A stretch of 63,721 nt of DNA, counting the filler, from Phoronis australis (lineage: Eukaryota > Animalia > Phoronida): the NCBI GenBank assembly GCA_002633005.1. It is 10 parts of 10 records of this genome, joined end to end, with 100 filler letters (N's around TTAATTAATTAA, not from the genome) between each part and the next. Parts side by side here need not be neighbours in the genome. Positions count along the whole stretch, not along the records: positions 5,406 to 37,055 come from NMRA01000051.1; positions 37,156 to 39,769 come from NMRA01003553.1; 8 more parts are not named here. One strand, written 5' to 3'. The translations under genes and the position numbers were made by a program. Under the pieces are notes generated by a model. That model was given only the letters and a program-made list of their open reading frames with translations, had not been told where the DNA came from and ran no database searches. This document shows, one piece after another, positions 25,810 to 37,788 of the stretch (within the stretch, counting starts at the first letter, position 1; the number at the start of each line of letters is the position of its first letter).

Positions 25810-27110
25810 ACAAGAGCTACGCAGAGCGTTGAAATGCGCCCACGAATGCACCACAAGTGAAGTGCTTCTAGAGTTGTTCATTTCTATCATAAAAATGGGC
25901 ACTAGATGGTGTAAAACTTCCAATCCATCTGAAAACGGTACATGCATAGCTTCTTTAGTAGAACGCTGTTCACCAAATTTCATAAAAATCTGTCAACGAA
26001 CTTCAGAGAAACAAAGAAATGCGGAAAAATGAAATTCCCATTAGAGAACACTGCGTCCGCCTCAGGTCGTCGTCTATTGTTAGCTTCATATAAATAAACT
26101 TACTAAATTAAATAAGAATCCTGCAGTGGGTTTAGGAGATACAGCTATGGCCGCAAAACAAAACAAAACCACCACCAGGAGGTGCCACAGTAACCGAAGT
26201 TGTCAGCGTAACCGTCCTGAGTACACGCCAATTTTCAAAACATCCTTAGAATGGTTTGGTTGATAAAGGGGGTGGACGCCAAAAAACGGACTCGAAAACA
26301 GTAAACATGACAACTAGGTGGCACAAAATACTTTGAATTCATATGAAAATGGGATGATAGCGTAACCACAACAATACATGCATTTATTCCGAACTTTATG
26401 AAACTCCATTGAGGACCTTTGAATATGAAAAGGTAAACATAAAGAACTAAAATTGCCACTAGTGGGGACTCTGGTGGTCACATCCGTGCGAAAGTCGTCG
26501 TCGTTCATTGTCAAAACCATATAAATACACTAGTTAAGTTTAGTAAAGATCATGCAAACGGCTTAGGAGATACAGTCATGGGCACAAAAAACAAAACTGC
26601 CAGTAGGAGGCACCACAGTAGTCGTAGTCGTCGGAAAATCATCATCAGCCATCTTCTTCATGGTAAGAACATACATGCCAATTTTCACCATCATCCTTAG
26701 AGCGGTTTGGTTGATAGAGGTGTGGACGCCAAAAGTCAGACTCGAAAACAGTAAAAATGGCCACTAGGTGGCGCAAACTACCTCAAATCCATCCGAAAAC
26801 GAGAGGATAGTTTCATCTCACCAATAGATGCCTATATTCCAAATTTTAGGAAACTATATTGAGGACTTCCAAAGATACAGAGGTAAGCGTAAAAAAACTA
26901 AAATTGGCAGTAGGGGGCACACCAGTAGTCGGAGAGGTCCGAAATTCGTCGTTATCTGTCGTCAGCTTCATAGAAACACAAATGTCAAATCTCATCAAGA
27001 TCTTGGGAGGGGTTTAGGCGATACAGCTGCGGACGCCGGACGACGGACGCCCGGACAGACAGAGATGACGGCAATATGCGATCACATATAAATATGTGGG
27101 CGCATAAAAA
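25810..27110 (+). mobile_element. HINE/pearl-like (Helentron-associated) non-autonomous element
   Basis: Starts AACAAGAG, subterminal inverted TGCGCCCAC/GTGGGCGCA, internal subrepeats with CCACTAGGTGGC, a GGAC-rich microsatellite near 27030-27060, and ends ATAAAAA; homologous in reverse to 53258-54245. Confidence 0.65.
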
Positions 27111-27179
27111 TGGTTTTGTCGTGAGTGAGTTATAAATTACTACTAGTGGAGATTTGTTTTTCCTCCTGATTTCTAAGAA

Positions 27180-27970
27180 ATTTAAATAATGGAAATATTT
27201 TATACATATTTGAGTTCACTGGAAAACTCCTGGCAATTTTGGGCTTTATGTGCTACGGTGACAAAACACGGTTTCAAGAAAAGCAAGCCAGGAAACGAAA
27301 GTCCGAATATAGATGCTTTAAGGAGCGGTTCATAGTTATAGGAGTACTCACACTCCCACAAACTGTCATGATAAGAATTGATTTCCAACAGTAAAGGTCA
27401 CTTGACATGACGCCCTGGCTGACAGGTTCAGATATGGAAATCATTTCATGACGGTTGAGATAGGTATAAAATTTCATCATTTTGTGCCATAGTAACCTAA
27501 TTTTTTGAGGGAGGCTGGTTAGTATAAAGGATGTACCTGTAAGGGAAGAGCTTTCAGTGGTTCATACTGGTACGAAAATTTCTGAATATTTCTTAGTCAT
27601 GATCAACTAATTTTTATACCAGTGTGATCTGCTGAAAGACACAATTCTCCTATCATTTCAAATTCAAACCGTGTTTTAGAAACCAAAACTCGGACTGAGA
27701 AACTCAGTAGTTTTCTGATGAAACCGTGTTTTCTCACCGAAGAGAAAAAATCCTAAAATATCTATCAAAATGTCTTATTGAACACATTTCGCAGTTTCTC
27801 ACAAACCAGTAGTGAAAAAAGAATGACACAAATACCGTGTCAATGCCTGACAAAAAAGTTGATACCGGTAGATAATAACGTATTTAAGTCCATCATCTGT
27901 TTAACGATGGGATGTTACCTTGAAACAGTATCTTTTTGGGGCATGACCTTTACAAATAGCTATTAGCAAG
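27180..27970 (+). pseudogene. Decayed LRR-like coding tract
   Basis: Fragments in several frames: FYTYLSSLEN, RAFSG, SDETVFSHRREKILKYLSKCLIEHI (27714-27788), NTFRSFSQ, LIPVDNNVFKS. Confidence 0.4.
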
Positions 27971-28790
27971 ATACCTGTGTAATTAGGACGTATTTGACAT
28001 GTGAAGATCTCGATAACAAGTTACTTATTTGTATAACAGAGTGGTTTCCTGCCGAAATGCTAGATAAAGTGGTTGTTTACATGTACAGGCAAGTAAAGCC
28101 GATTCGATACTGTAACATTTTTGTTACAGGAGTGTATGAGTGTTGTGGCCCATTATGTTTATTTTGACTCATTATATTCATTTTGACCTATTAAATCCAT
28201 TTGGCCGATTATGTCATTTTCTAACAATTATGTTTATTTTGTCCTTTTTTGACCATTTTGCTTACTTGATCTATTTTTACCCTTCTAATGAAATTTCTCC
28301 CATTAAGTTGGTTTTGATGTATTGGTTTATTGTTAAATATATTTCATACATCACCAACGGCCATTCGTTACGTTTGGAATGATTGCACTGAAAGGGATCA
28401 TGGGTGTAGGGTCTTGATACATCATGTCTTCTTGACACAGTTATGACCACTGAAAGTAATTTTTTCCCTTTAAATGATTTTCATTCATTAAAATTGTTTT
28501 GGTCCTTAATCTTACTGTTGAAACTAATTATTGTTTCACTATTATGGATTACCTCCCGTTTTAATCAATTATGCAGAAATGGACGTAGTGGTTCAAAACG
28601 GACTGCCTTCTACGTGGTTTAATAGTTCACATTCATTTGCGCAAGCATGCACAGGCAATCTTCGTGTAAATTACTCAGAAGGTATACAAGAGCGATACAA
28701 TATGGCCGACGACCAGTCGAGATTTTGCTGATTAAAATTAGGAAGACAAGTTAAAAAATACACTGCAAATCGGTAGTTACAGATATCGGG

Positions 28791-29350
28791 GCTTAACTTA
28801 ATGTTCGTTTAGTGAAGACACAACCAATAAAGAGAAATGGAATCATATGATGCAGGCAATGAGCCTCTAATTCCATAGTTCACTCACCGATTAACGATGG
28901 GTACCGCAGATTGCTCTCTAATGCCGTTCATCTGGCAGACATGTGAGTCGGAGAGGTATGGTAATAAAACAATGTTTTAATGAGGTTGGTTAGCCATGCA
29001 GTGTTGAAAGCACACTTTGGAACGAAGCTGAGTTCTTATAATTTTTATATAAAGAGCACGTTCGTCAAACGAAAACACAGAAAATGGATGAACATGTGGT
29101 TGTTGTGACTGCCGAATTATCCAAGAGCACGTATTCTAATATTTACTTTCATGACCTTCAGGACGTGTTGTCACTTATGTTGTTTTGATTTGATGCGACT
29201 TTATGTTGTGCATGCGCACTAGAGCACAATCTGCAGTACCCATCGTTAATACGTGAGTGAGCTGTTGAATTTTAGGCATATCGCCTACATCAGTAGCTTC
29301 CACTTGTCGTTAATGGTTATGCCTTCACGAAACAAACATTAGGTTAAGCA
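28791..29350. mobile_element. Old MITE with ~130-bp degenerate inverted arms
   Basis: 28791-28921 is an inverted copy of 29220-29350 (e.g. ATTAACGATGGGTAC / GTACCCATCGTTAAT). Confidence 0.7.
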
Positions 29351-29783
29351 TCAGTAGCCGAGTTCAAGTGTATATTTAACTGTCTTGTAAGAACTCGCCT
29401 GCTCGTCGGCTATATTGCATCACCCAAGTCCTGATGACTGCATCCTCGCGATTGCCAAACCCCCACCTATCACCTACGGCGGACGTGGGGGGATTACTAC
29501 AAATATGGCGGAATGTGGAGGGCGGGGGTTGGGGGTGACAGGTGGTGGCGATAGGCAGGGGGTAGTTTGGCAAAGTCGAATTGGTTTGCACCCCTAATAG
29601 TTTCTGCCTTCCTACGGGTCTAAAATAAGGACCGGTCCTATGAATGCTTTTTTGTAGTTCGTGACATAATTTCACGCATCAATTACGTATCCAAAATGAC
29701 AATCACAAGAGCGTCACAGCTGATGACGTCACCTGTAGACAAGTACACAGTTGAATCTTTACAAAGTGGTACATTTAAACGCA

Positions 29784-32700
29784 ATGGAGAGAGAAAGTGC
29801 TTTATATTTTATCAAACAACTGAAAATTCGTAAACAGTAAGTAGTATTCCAAAGGCCAATCTGGCATAAACTTTCTTACTTATCAAACAACTAGTATAGG
29901 AAGAGCGTTGGCATATCTAATCTGTTACTCCTTTCCTCGTTCTTGCAACCTTAGTAAAGCATGATTCTTTGTATCACTTTAGGGTTAATGCACAGGCTGC
30001 AAATTGTCTGAAAAAGATGACTAAGAACTACGTCAAGGACGCTGAAAATGTGGAAAATGCCGTAAAACGTGAGTATCGCCGCTGAGGAAAACGAATTCAT
30101 CTTCTTGATGCAGTCCGCCACAAATCATACGGTAAATCAATTTTTACCGTAAAACGTTCAAATTATAATGAAGTGATAGATTGCTAGGGTCTGCCGTGGT
30201 GATTTCACGTCTTTAACCAAAATATTACGGTGTAGTATTTGACTTAAAGTTATATCAATTAAACACCGTTAGGACTCCTATTTGAACACTCGTTTAAGAT
30301 CCAGCTTTCTAGCGATCAATGGCCGGTTGCATGAAACAGTCCCTATTGGGGACTCGCCTAAGTTCCCTGAATGTTTTGCATATTTGTTTCGTTCATAACT
30401 CGTATATGTACTGTTTTTCTATCATTTTACAGTTGTTACAAGCTCCTCTTTGACTGAAAACTGAGGCCTTAGTTCAATCAAAACAATTAGGGACTTAAAT
30501 TAGGGGCATTGCATGAAAAAATCCTTACTTACTTTCAATAACAGGGAGAATTCGACGTAGAACTCACTCTCGATTTGGCCTAGTAATGATACCCAAGCAT
30601 CTTAAGAAAGGAAAATCAGAGTATTCATAAGCCCACAAGTATACAGTAGATTTAGGGAACTTGGATGAGTCCCTATTTGGGACTGTTTCATGCAACCGGG
30701 TACAACCCTCCTATGTTCCTCCTCAAATAGCCTCATCCACCGCATACGTCGTAGCTCATGATTTGTTTGAAGCTTTTCATCGAACTTGTACAAAGGAAAT
30801 TTATAGTAGCGTCGTGAAAAAAAATCACTATGTAAGAATAGCGTGGCGCAAGAAATTCATTCTTGCCGTTTTGTTTTGATCATTGCAGGTTTTCCTATAG
30901 ACTCTGACGTAGCACAGGGTGTCAGTGACATTCTGATAGAACTGAATCAACGTCTTGGATATCTCAGAGCCAACCTGGGAGAGGTCGAGCGTGACATGGA
31001 ATTAATGGACAGGTCAGTAGATGCGAAAAAGCCTTGCAAGTGTCGATTATTGTGCAAGTCGGTTTTTATTTATCCTCACTGTGTAAAATAATCAAATATT
31101 TGATTCCAAAACTTGGTTTTAGACTACGCAAAAGATTGTCGATTTCATTTTGCAGCCTCGTCAGACATACAGTGAAGGTTGAGAAAAAACTAGGAGCTGC
31201 TACTGAAGTATTATCAAATTTGAAAAAGATGAGAAATTTACATGCGTACCTGCCCAAACAATTGTATGGGAATTCCCGTAGCAACTGTATTTTAAACACT
31301 TGACCGATGCTGTCATACATGTTTTTCCCTTTAGGACCTTATTATACCAGACTCTTCCTCAGAATATTCGAGTCCACCTCTAAATGTAGTTGAATGTCTG
31401 ATAGGACGAACGGAACCGCACAGCAAATGGCACCATCTATCGAGAACTTACTCAAATTGTGAAACAATTAGCTCGTCCAAATTTATTTTTGTCCTTATTG
31501 GAGATTGTGTCGAGATTTACCTTGGTGTGACAAGGGTGTCATTATGAAGGTAATTTTTAATATTTGATTTAAAAGTGTATCGATGAGACTAACTGCCAAT
31601 AACTCAGATTCAAAGGAATTGAACGACAACGAATCTAGTCACTGCAGAATGACCAAGCCAAGCGCGAGCGTCTCCGGTTGCTCTTATCTATCAACTGTTC
31701 GTCTCAGAAGCTGCGAAACAAGACATCTGCCGAGGTAGAGGCTGTCAAGAAGAAAATTGGTCAGACGACAGACCGGGTTGAAGAGCTGAAGCGGCGGTTG
31801 TATCAGGTGAGCCTTCACTTATGTATGTCTGGTATAGACATGCTAAGACCTTCACGTGGTACAGTGTAGTAACATCATGTCTAAAAGCTTTTGGTCTGTT
31901 AACATCAACCTTTAGCCTATTTACACAGGCATGAAACTTCTATAGGATACTTCTAGGGTCATATTCAAGATTTACAACCTAATGAGCTCGGATATCTGGT
32001 ACACTCATGGTGGGAACTTTGGTTGTATTTTTCTGGAAGACCTCCGGTCGTGGATGTAGTGGTGAGGTGATCGATTAAAAGTTGAAAAGTCTCTCGTTCT
32101 AACACAGCCTTCTACCTGAAAAAACACAATAGGTGTCCAACATTAGTGTACTAGATACCCATTCTCGTTCTTCTAATAGCCCTCTAACACCTGTAGATGA
32201 CCGGAGAAGTAATCGACCGAAACGTCGTGCTAATGTAAATGTGGTAGAGGCCGATATCTAGTAATGCAATTACATTAATACACAGAGTGGTCTCTATTTT
32301 CTAAATATTATAATATTGTCCTTATACATATATCGCTGAGCCACAGTAGCCTTTATTTGAAAAACAAAACATTATCTATGCCTGTACCATTAAGGTGAAG
32401 ATTCAGCATTTTTTAATTATTAATATGAGCACAGCCACAAAAATCTCTTTCGTATCATATACAGTCTTTCATTCATTCCCTTCCGTGCATACAGTCATTA
32501 TTGAAATCGAGCTCACAGAGCAGGAGACACTTTTGTGCAATGCTCAATTGTCATTCAAAGCACATTTTTATAGATACGTAGTGCTATCGACGGGTCAAGA
32601 GCAGTACTTCGTATCCGTGGTTAATTCTATTTTCTCGATATTTCAGATCATAGCCGAAATGCATGATATGGTACACGGACAGCAGAAAGCAGACGAGGTT

Positions 32701-33350
32701 ATGCAAAGGTTCGTAAAGCGAGATTTTCGTTTGTTCACCCCCGTGTTGGGGTATTATCAAGATACAATCCAAAGAGTCCTAATCGTAGCCATAATAATAT
32801 TTCTTTACTTAATAAATACACAATAAAGTGTGGCAATGGATATTCAATCATTTTGGCGACCATGGGAGAGGGTGGAAATTGTCAAAACCTGAGAGGCCAA
32901 ATATTTCCTGACAAGCAGGTCGCCACGTCGAAAATTCTGGCGACGGGAGGGGGACAACTTCAAAATCGTGTTGACCGGGACTGAAAATTGTGGCATTCTG
33001 TGTGAAAAAGCTGGGACAATAGATGAGGGGGGGATTTGTTGTAGACCATGGAGGGGCAGATGAATACTACCACGGCCCTCTAAGCTTTTTTCGGGCCTCG
33101 AGAACCAGCTGCAGTAACAGTTTTGATTAATCTATGCTCTCTCAGAATTTTGCGTAATACACGTCGGCAAACTACATGCGAACAATGTTTTTGTTTCATC
33201 AATTATTTTACATTTGTTGATTGCTTTCAGTTCCAAAGCTCCTAAAGTAAACGGATCACGGGTGACTGAGTGTGCCGGAGGATTTCGGTAACAAGTAAAC
33301 GGATCCGGCGTGCATGGAATCGTCTTAGAACCCTACTTATGGGTCGATAA
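29784..33350 (+). pseudogene. Copy B of the 7-exon coiled-coil gene, probably pseudogenising
   Basis: Exons 29784-29836, 29983-30068, 30889-31012, 31156-31228, 31648-31806, 32647-32708, 33231-33350 match copy A. The exon-4 donor is AT instead of GT (31229), and a 1-nt loss in exon 7 gives TAA at 33289-33291 before the A-equivalent stop at 33348-33350. Confidence 0.7.
30321..30700. mobile_element. MITE in intron 2 of copy B
   Basis: ~50-bp TIRs CCGGTTGCATGAAACAGTCCC / GGGACTGTTTCATGCAACCGG; not present as such in copy A. Confidence 0.8.
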
Positions 33351-33397
33351 AGTCACTGTGAAAAAGATGGCTGGATAGAGGGTGACGCACGCGTTAA

Positions 33398-34511
33398 AGG
33401 AGAATGCGACCCAAAAAAACAATCTACGTTACCTGACACCTGACGGCAGACGGGGGTGTTGAAATTATCCAATGACGTAATTGGTTTCACATGTCGTCTG
33501 TTCAGCGGTTCACAACACGGGTTAGTGGTGTCAGCTTATCGCTTGAATTCATCGTTTAACACCAATAAATCATCAAACTTCGATGCAAAACCCTTAAAAA
33601 TACACCGAGTTCTAATAAAAACGTGTTGTTTTATTTCGCTTTTACGGATTTACTGGTATTTGGACACACCGCAACCTACAAAGTTCGGCAGGCCAGGAGT
33701 TTGGGGTCTGTTCGGAGATAAATTCGAAGTATTCTTCCGTGAAATACAAACGGGAGAACCTAGATTTGTGTTGTTTACACTTGTGATTTTTTTGTGTTCG
33801 GAACCCGATCAGGCCCGTCGCCGCCGGACTGACTCGTTATCCCGGCCAGTGGCTCGGAACCCGATCAAGCCCGTCACTCCCGCCGGGACTGGTACGAACA
33901 TAAACCAGCTTTAGTCCGAAACTACAGGTACATGGCAACTCGCCCAGCGCCAATCCCGACTTAGTCAAGAGCTCATCCGACGAAGACTTCACGGATCCGA
34001 TCGTTAGGCTTCACAGGCAATCAGTTCGAACCGAAATACACTGATTAAGAAATACTAGAGAGGCACCGTGAACATGCACAGGCAACGGAACGTATGGATA
34101 GTTCTTTGGTAAGCCGGAATTCGTCAGAGAAATCACTGTGGACGAAATGCCGGCCCAGCACAGACACGGAGATGTTTCACGGCCTCATACTGGCTATTAA
34201 CAGCCTACTTTTCGTTCTTCACTACCGCGAGCCACTTCCTAAGCATTACGGGCTCTCGAAGAAGTCCGAAAAAACGATATACCCGCTTTCTTCGCAGCTT
34301 CATAGTTCTGACAACTGGCAGGAACGATGCACGCAATATGGAGGCAGTCACTCTGCAGACGAACCACTGACGTCCGTGCGTCGTTTCTCACCTTCCTCAC
34401 AGGTTAACGCGACAACTCTCGGCAAGGTGAGGTCGACCGCATAAGAGGCGATGTAGATACAGACCGATAAAGACGGTAAAAAAGACGAACTAAATCGAGT
34501 GGCATTCTCCT
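33398..34511. mobile_element. Kolobok-like non-autonomous DNA transposon
   Basis: TTAA flanks (33394-33397, 34512-34515), TIR AGGAGAATGC/GCATTCTCCT; the same end occurs at 1231; relic QFEPKY and REPLP..YP peptides inside. Confidence 0.65.
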
Positions 34512-34549
34512 TTAAGGTTTTTGATTTTGACTTTCAGGGGATTATTTTT

Positions 34550-36560
34550 TCTGAATCTCACCTCAGTAGAGTGCCAGTTAAAAAGATGTACAATAATTCC
34601 TTAGGAGGTAACAAAGTAGCACAAGAAAACCCTACCGCAAGCTGTGAATTTCGGAGAAACACGGGAGAAACAGGAGCACAGCAGAACATCGTGTCGTAAA
34701 CTTCGGTCATAGCTTCGCCTATTTCTGGCCTAAGGTTAATATTTTCTTTCGTAGGGTCCAGTTTGGGAACAGTTCACTTCCCTAGGGTCATGCACTGAAG
34801 AGAACACTTTGAAAGAGTGTGGTTACGGGGTCCCTAAATGCCCAAGGGATCGTTTCAAATCTCTTGTTTAGTCTCTAGTCTCTAGCGGCTGACCGACTTT
34901 CGTCATCTAACGTCAAAATTCACAGAAATACCAATTTTTATAGGGTTATTTTAGTTTGGCAAACTTCAGATAGTGCAACTTGATGTTTAGGATAGGATCA
35001 TAGATATTTTCTGGACTTTCTGCCTGCATAAAAGTCCACTTAGTTTATAATAGTCTTTGAGTCGGTCGATTTTTGCAGATACGTAAACATGTAAATATGA
35101 ACCCTTGCAGATTTCCAGAAGAAAATAGCACTGCCATCGCATAGCAACCGAAAGTAAAATACTTAAGGCACCTATTTAATATTTAGCTGCTGGTTGTTAA
35201 GCAGCTGGGCTTTTTTCAAATCGGTAATTTACAGAAAGCAATCTTCAGGTAACAACAGAAGGGATGCGCCTAGGTCAGTTAAACTTGCACTACAAAAATC
35301 GCAGAAATATGTGTATTGCCAGTACTGTACACGTTGAGTTGATACACAAAACTTGATCATCAAAAATCCTTTCTTGATAGTCTCATCTTATCGACTAAGC
35401 GAGTTTCGTACTAACAATTTCCTTTTCGTCAACATTGCTTTCCTAATAACGCCTTTCAAAGTAAATACTTTTCTTGGAATTCTTTTGGAAAGTATTGCTA
35501 TTTTTATGGTTATAAAACCATCGAGAATATTGCTTTTGCGTAATTCATAAACAGTGGTCTTCATCTTCTTCCATTTTTCGATTCCGGACAATGCTACTGT
35601 TCGTTTTTAATACATCATTCTAATCATTATGATTTTTATCACGTTTTAGGCTGTTTGGATCACATTTCTTAATGCTTCTGACAGATTTCTGTGCTTCGCA
35701 TCAGCGCATTTTATGGTTTTCATCCGATAATCAATTTGATTTGCTTTCTACATCCTTTCGTGAATAGTTCACAAAAATTTCGTGGCCTGGGCCAAGAAAG
35801 AATAAACCCACCGAGGTTAACAGATATACTCCTAAATGTTTTCTCTTCTATATGTGTTACTGTGTCCTTCTTCTCTCTATTGTCCCCGCCTCACCCTGCC
35901 CTGTCTCCCTGCCTTTGGTTCTAACCGGCCTTTCATTAAGAAAACTCCACTGAGCTGAAGCTGCTGCGCACGATGCTTGCAAGTTGAGGGAATTTCGGAC
36001 ATTTTACACCACAACTGGAAACAGTCTAGCCTATGCCTAAAGTTCCAGATATTTGTCGAGCACAAAAACATTTTTAAATTTAAAGCTAGACTTCGCCATG
36101 TCAAGCTGGCTAAAAACGAAAATCGAATTAGGTTTGATTACCCTCATAAAATCGGTCTCATAATTTTTCTTACCGTCACAGGATTCTATTTCCGTTTCCC
36201 ACAACTCCAAAACCTTCAGCGACGGTAAGGGATACTATGAAGCCGACTTCATGAGAATAAAGGTCCAATTCAATTTTCGTTTAGTAACCAGCTAAATAGA
36301 GCGAAATACATCTTTAAGAATTGAAACGTCTAAGAAATGATGATTGTGTTTTGTGATTTTAATTCGTAATTCAAAACCAAAGGCATGGGAAGCAAGAAAC
36401 TTCGAATTGACGCTGATGTTCCTGTGTTCACGAAAATTTGGAAAAGTTGCTTTCGTACCTCCTTCAGTGCATACATCATCGACATCTATATCCGACGCCA
36501 GGCAGCAAAGAACGTGTGAAAGCACGTAAACTGACATGATGCATTTTCCAAATCTCTTCT
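34550..36560 (+). pseudogene. Decayed LRR-like coding tract
   Basis: Fragments FPNNAFQS, NTFLGILLESI, ISAFYGF, KFRGL, RLTDILLNVFSSI (35814), LRHVKLAKNENRI (36091), FPQLQNL, FSNQL..YIFKN, broken by stops and frameshifts. Confidence 0.45.
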
Positions 36561-36601
36561 CATTTTGAGTACTGAAAATTCACAAAATCGCTCTATAGAT
36601 T

Positions 36602-36844
36602 CATGCGCGCACCCGGGAGGGGGGCTCGGGGGCCCCATTTGGCGAAGTGGACAAAAAGGTCCGCCTCTGAAAAACAAAAAGTCCGAGAGAATGAGACAAA
36701 AGTCCACTAAACAAGCACAAACGCGAAATTCAGTGTTGCGCCCATTTTTTTCTTTCTTTTTTATTCCGCCCGCTTTATTGTTATCAAAAGGTCCACAATG
36801 TCAGGAATTCGAGCCCCCCATATTGGAGGCTGGGTGCGCGCATG
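36602..36844. mobile_element. MITE with TIR CATGCGCGCACCC
   Basis: Perfect 13-bp TIR; truncated inverted copy at 58329-58426. Confidence 0.8.
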
Positions 36845-37158
36845 AAATGGGGCTATTCGGAAAATCTACAATAACTAGAGGGCGTGCGTGTACTAGTGGT
36901 GATAGATTAACAGCCTCGATATCGCGAGCCCTTTAAATACATGGTGAAATGGCTTGCGGTCGTGCCAACTGAATCTGAGATTGCGTAAAAAGGGTGCTTC
37001 TATGAGAGGAAGTAAGCACTACCTCATACAAAGGTAAGGTTTTTGATTATTTTAANNNNNNNNNNNNNNNNNNNNNNNNNNNNNNNNNNNNNNNNNNNNT
37101 TAATTAATTAANNNNNNNNNNNNNNNNNNNNNNNNNNNNNNNNNNNNNNNNNNNNATT

Positions 37159-37700
37159 AAAATCACCAAATCTTGTTGAAAGTGGCCAAAAGTTACCACC
37201 GTAGCAATGCAATGGTATTAATAATATAGCTATATTATATTAGATTAAATGTTAATGACATCTCACAAAACGCCGTTTTGGAGCTAAAAATGACAATAAC
37301 GCAGAATATTAAATGAAATAAACAGCATTTTGAATTCAATTTTTCCACGTCACCGCGACTTCTCAAAAACAACACAATGGTATCCAAAACATGACCATAT
37401 GACATGCTAATAAATGTTAAGGGTTAAGTGACACCGAAAACACTCCTAACATTCCATTTTATTATTTTGAGAGCTATTCTAAAGCCTCTTGCACATGTCA
37501 ACAACAATTCTTACTGTCACTTAAGAGAATAGCGCGTTAAGAGTAATTTGCTCATTAATATCAGCGTTTCTTTACAGTTTTTAATCTAATCAATTTTTTT
37601 GCACAGCAAATAATCCAAATCACCAAGTCTTGTTCATAAAGTGGGCCACAAAGTTACCACCGTAACAATGCATTGATATTAATAATATAACTATATTACA
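37159..37700 (+). repeat. Direct repeat at ~460-bp spacing
   Basis: AAATCACCAA..AAGTTACCACCGTA..ATTAATAATATA at ~37159 and ~37617. Confidence 0.65.
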
Positions 37701-37788
37701 TGCCATTTTTGAAGCGATTCACCCAACGAAAGAAATTAGTTACGTTGCACACACTACATTTAGGTACTTAATTATCATCTGTCCTTAC

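Noticed and set aside
35060-36540. Minus-strand LRR gene (LPSLKVLELW, LPEDCF)
   Set aside because: The candidate exons are phase-incompatible and plus-strand motifs are more numerous.
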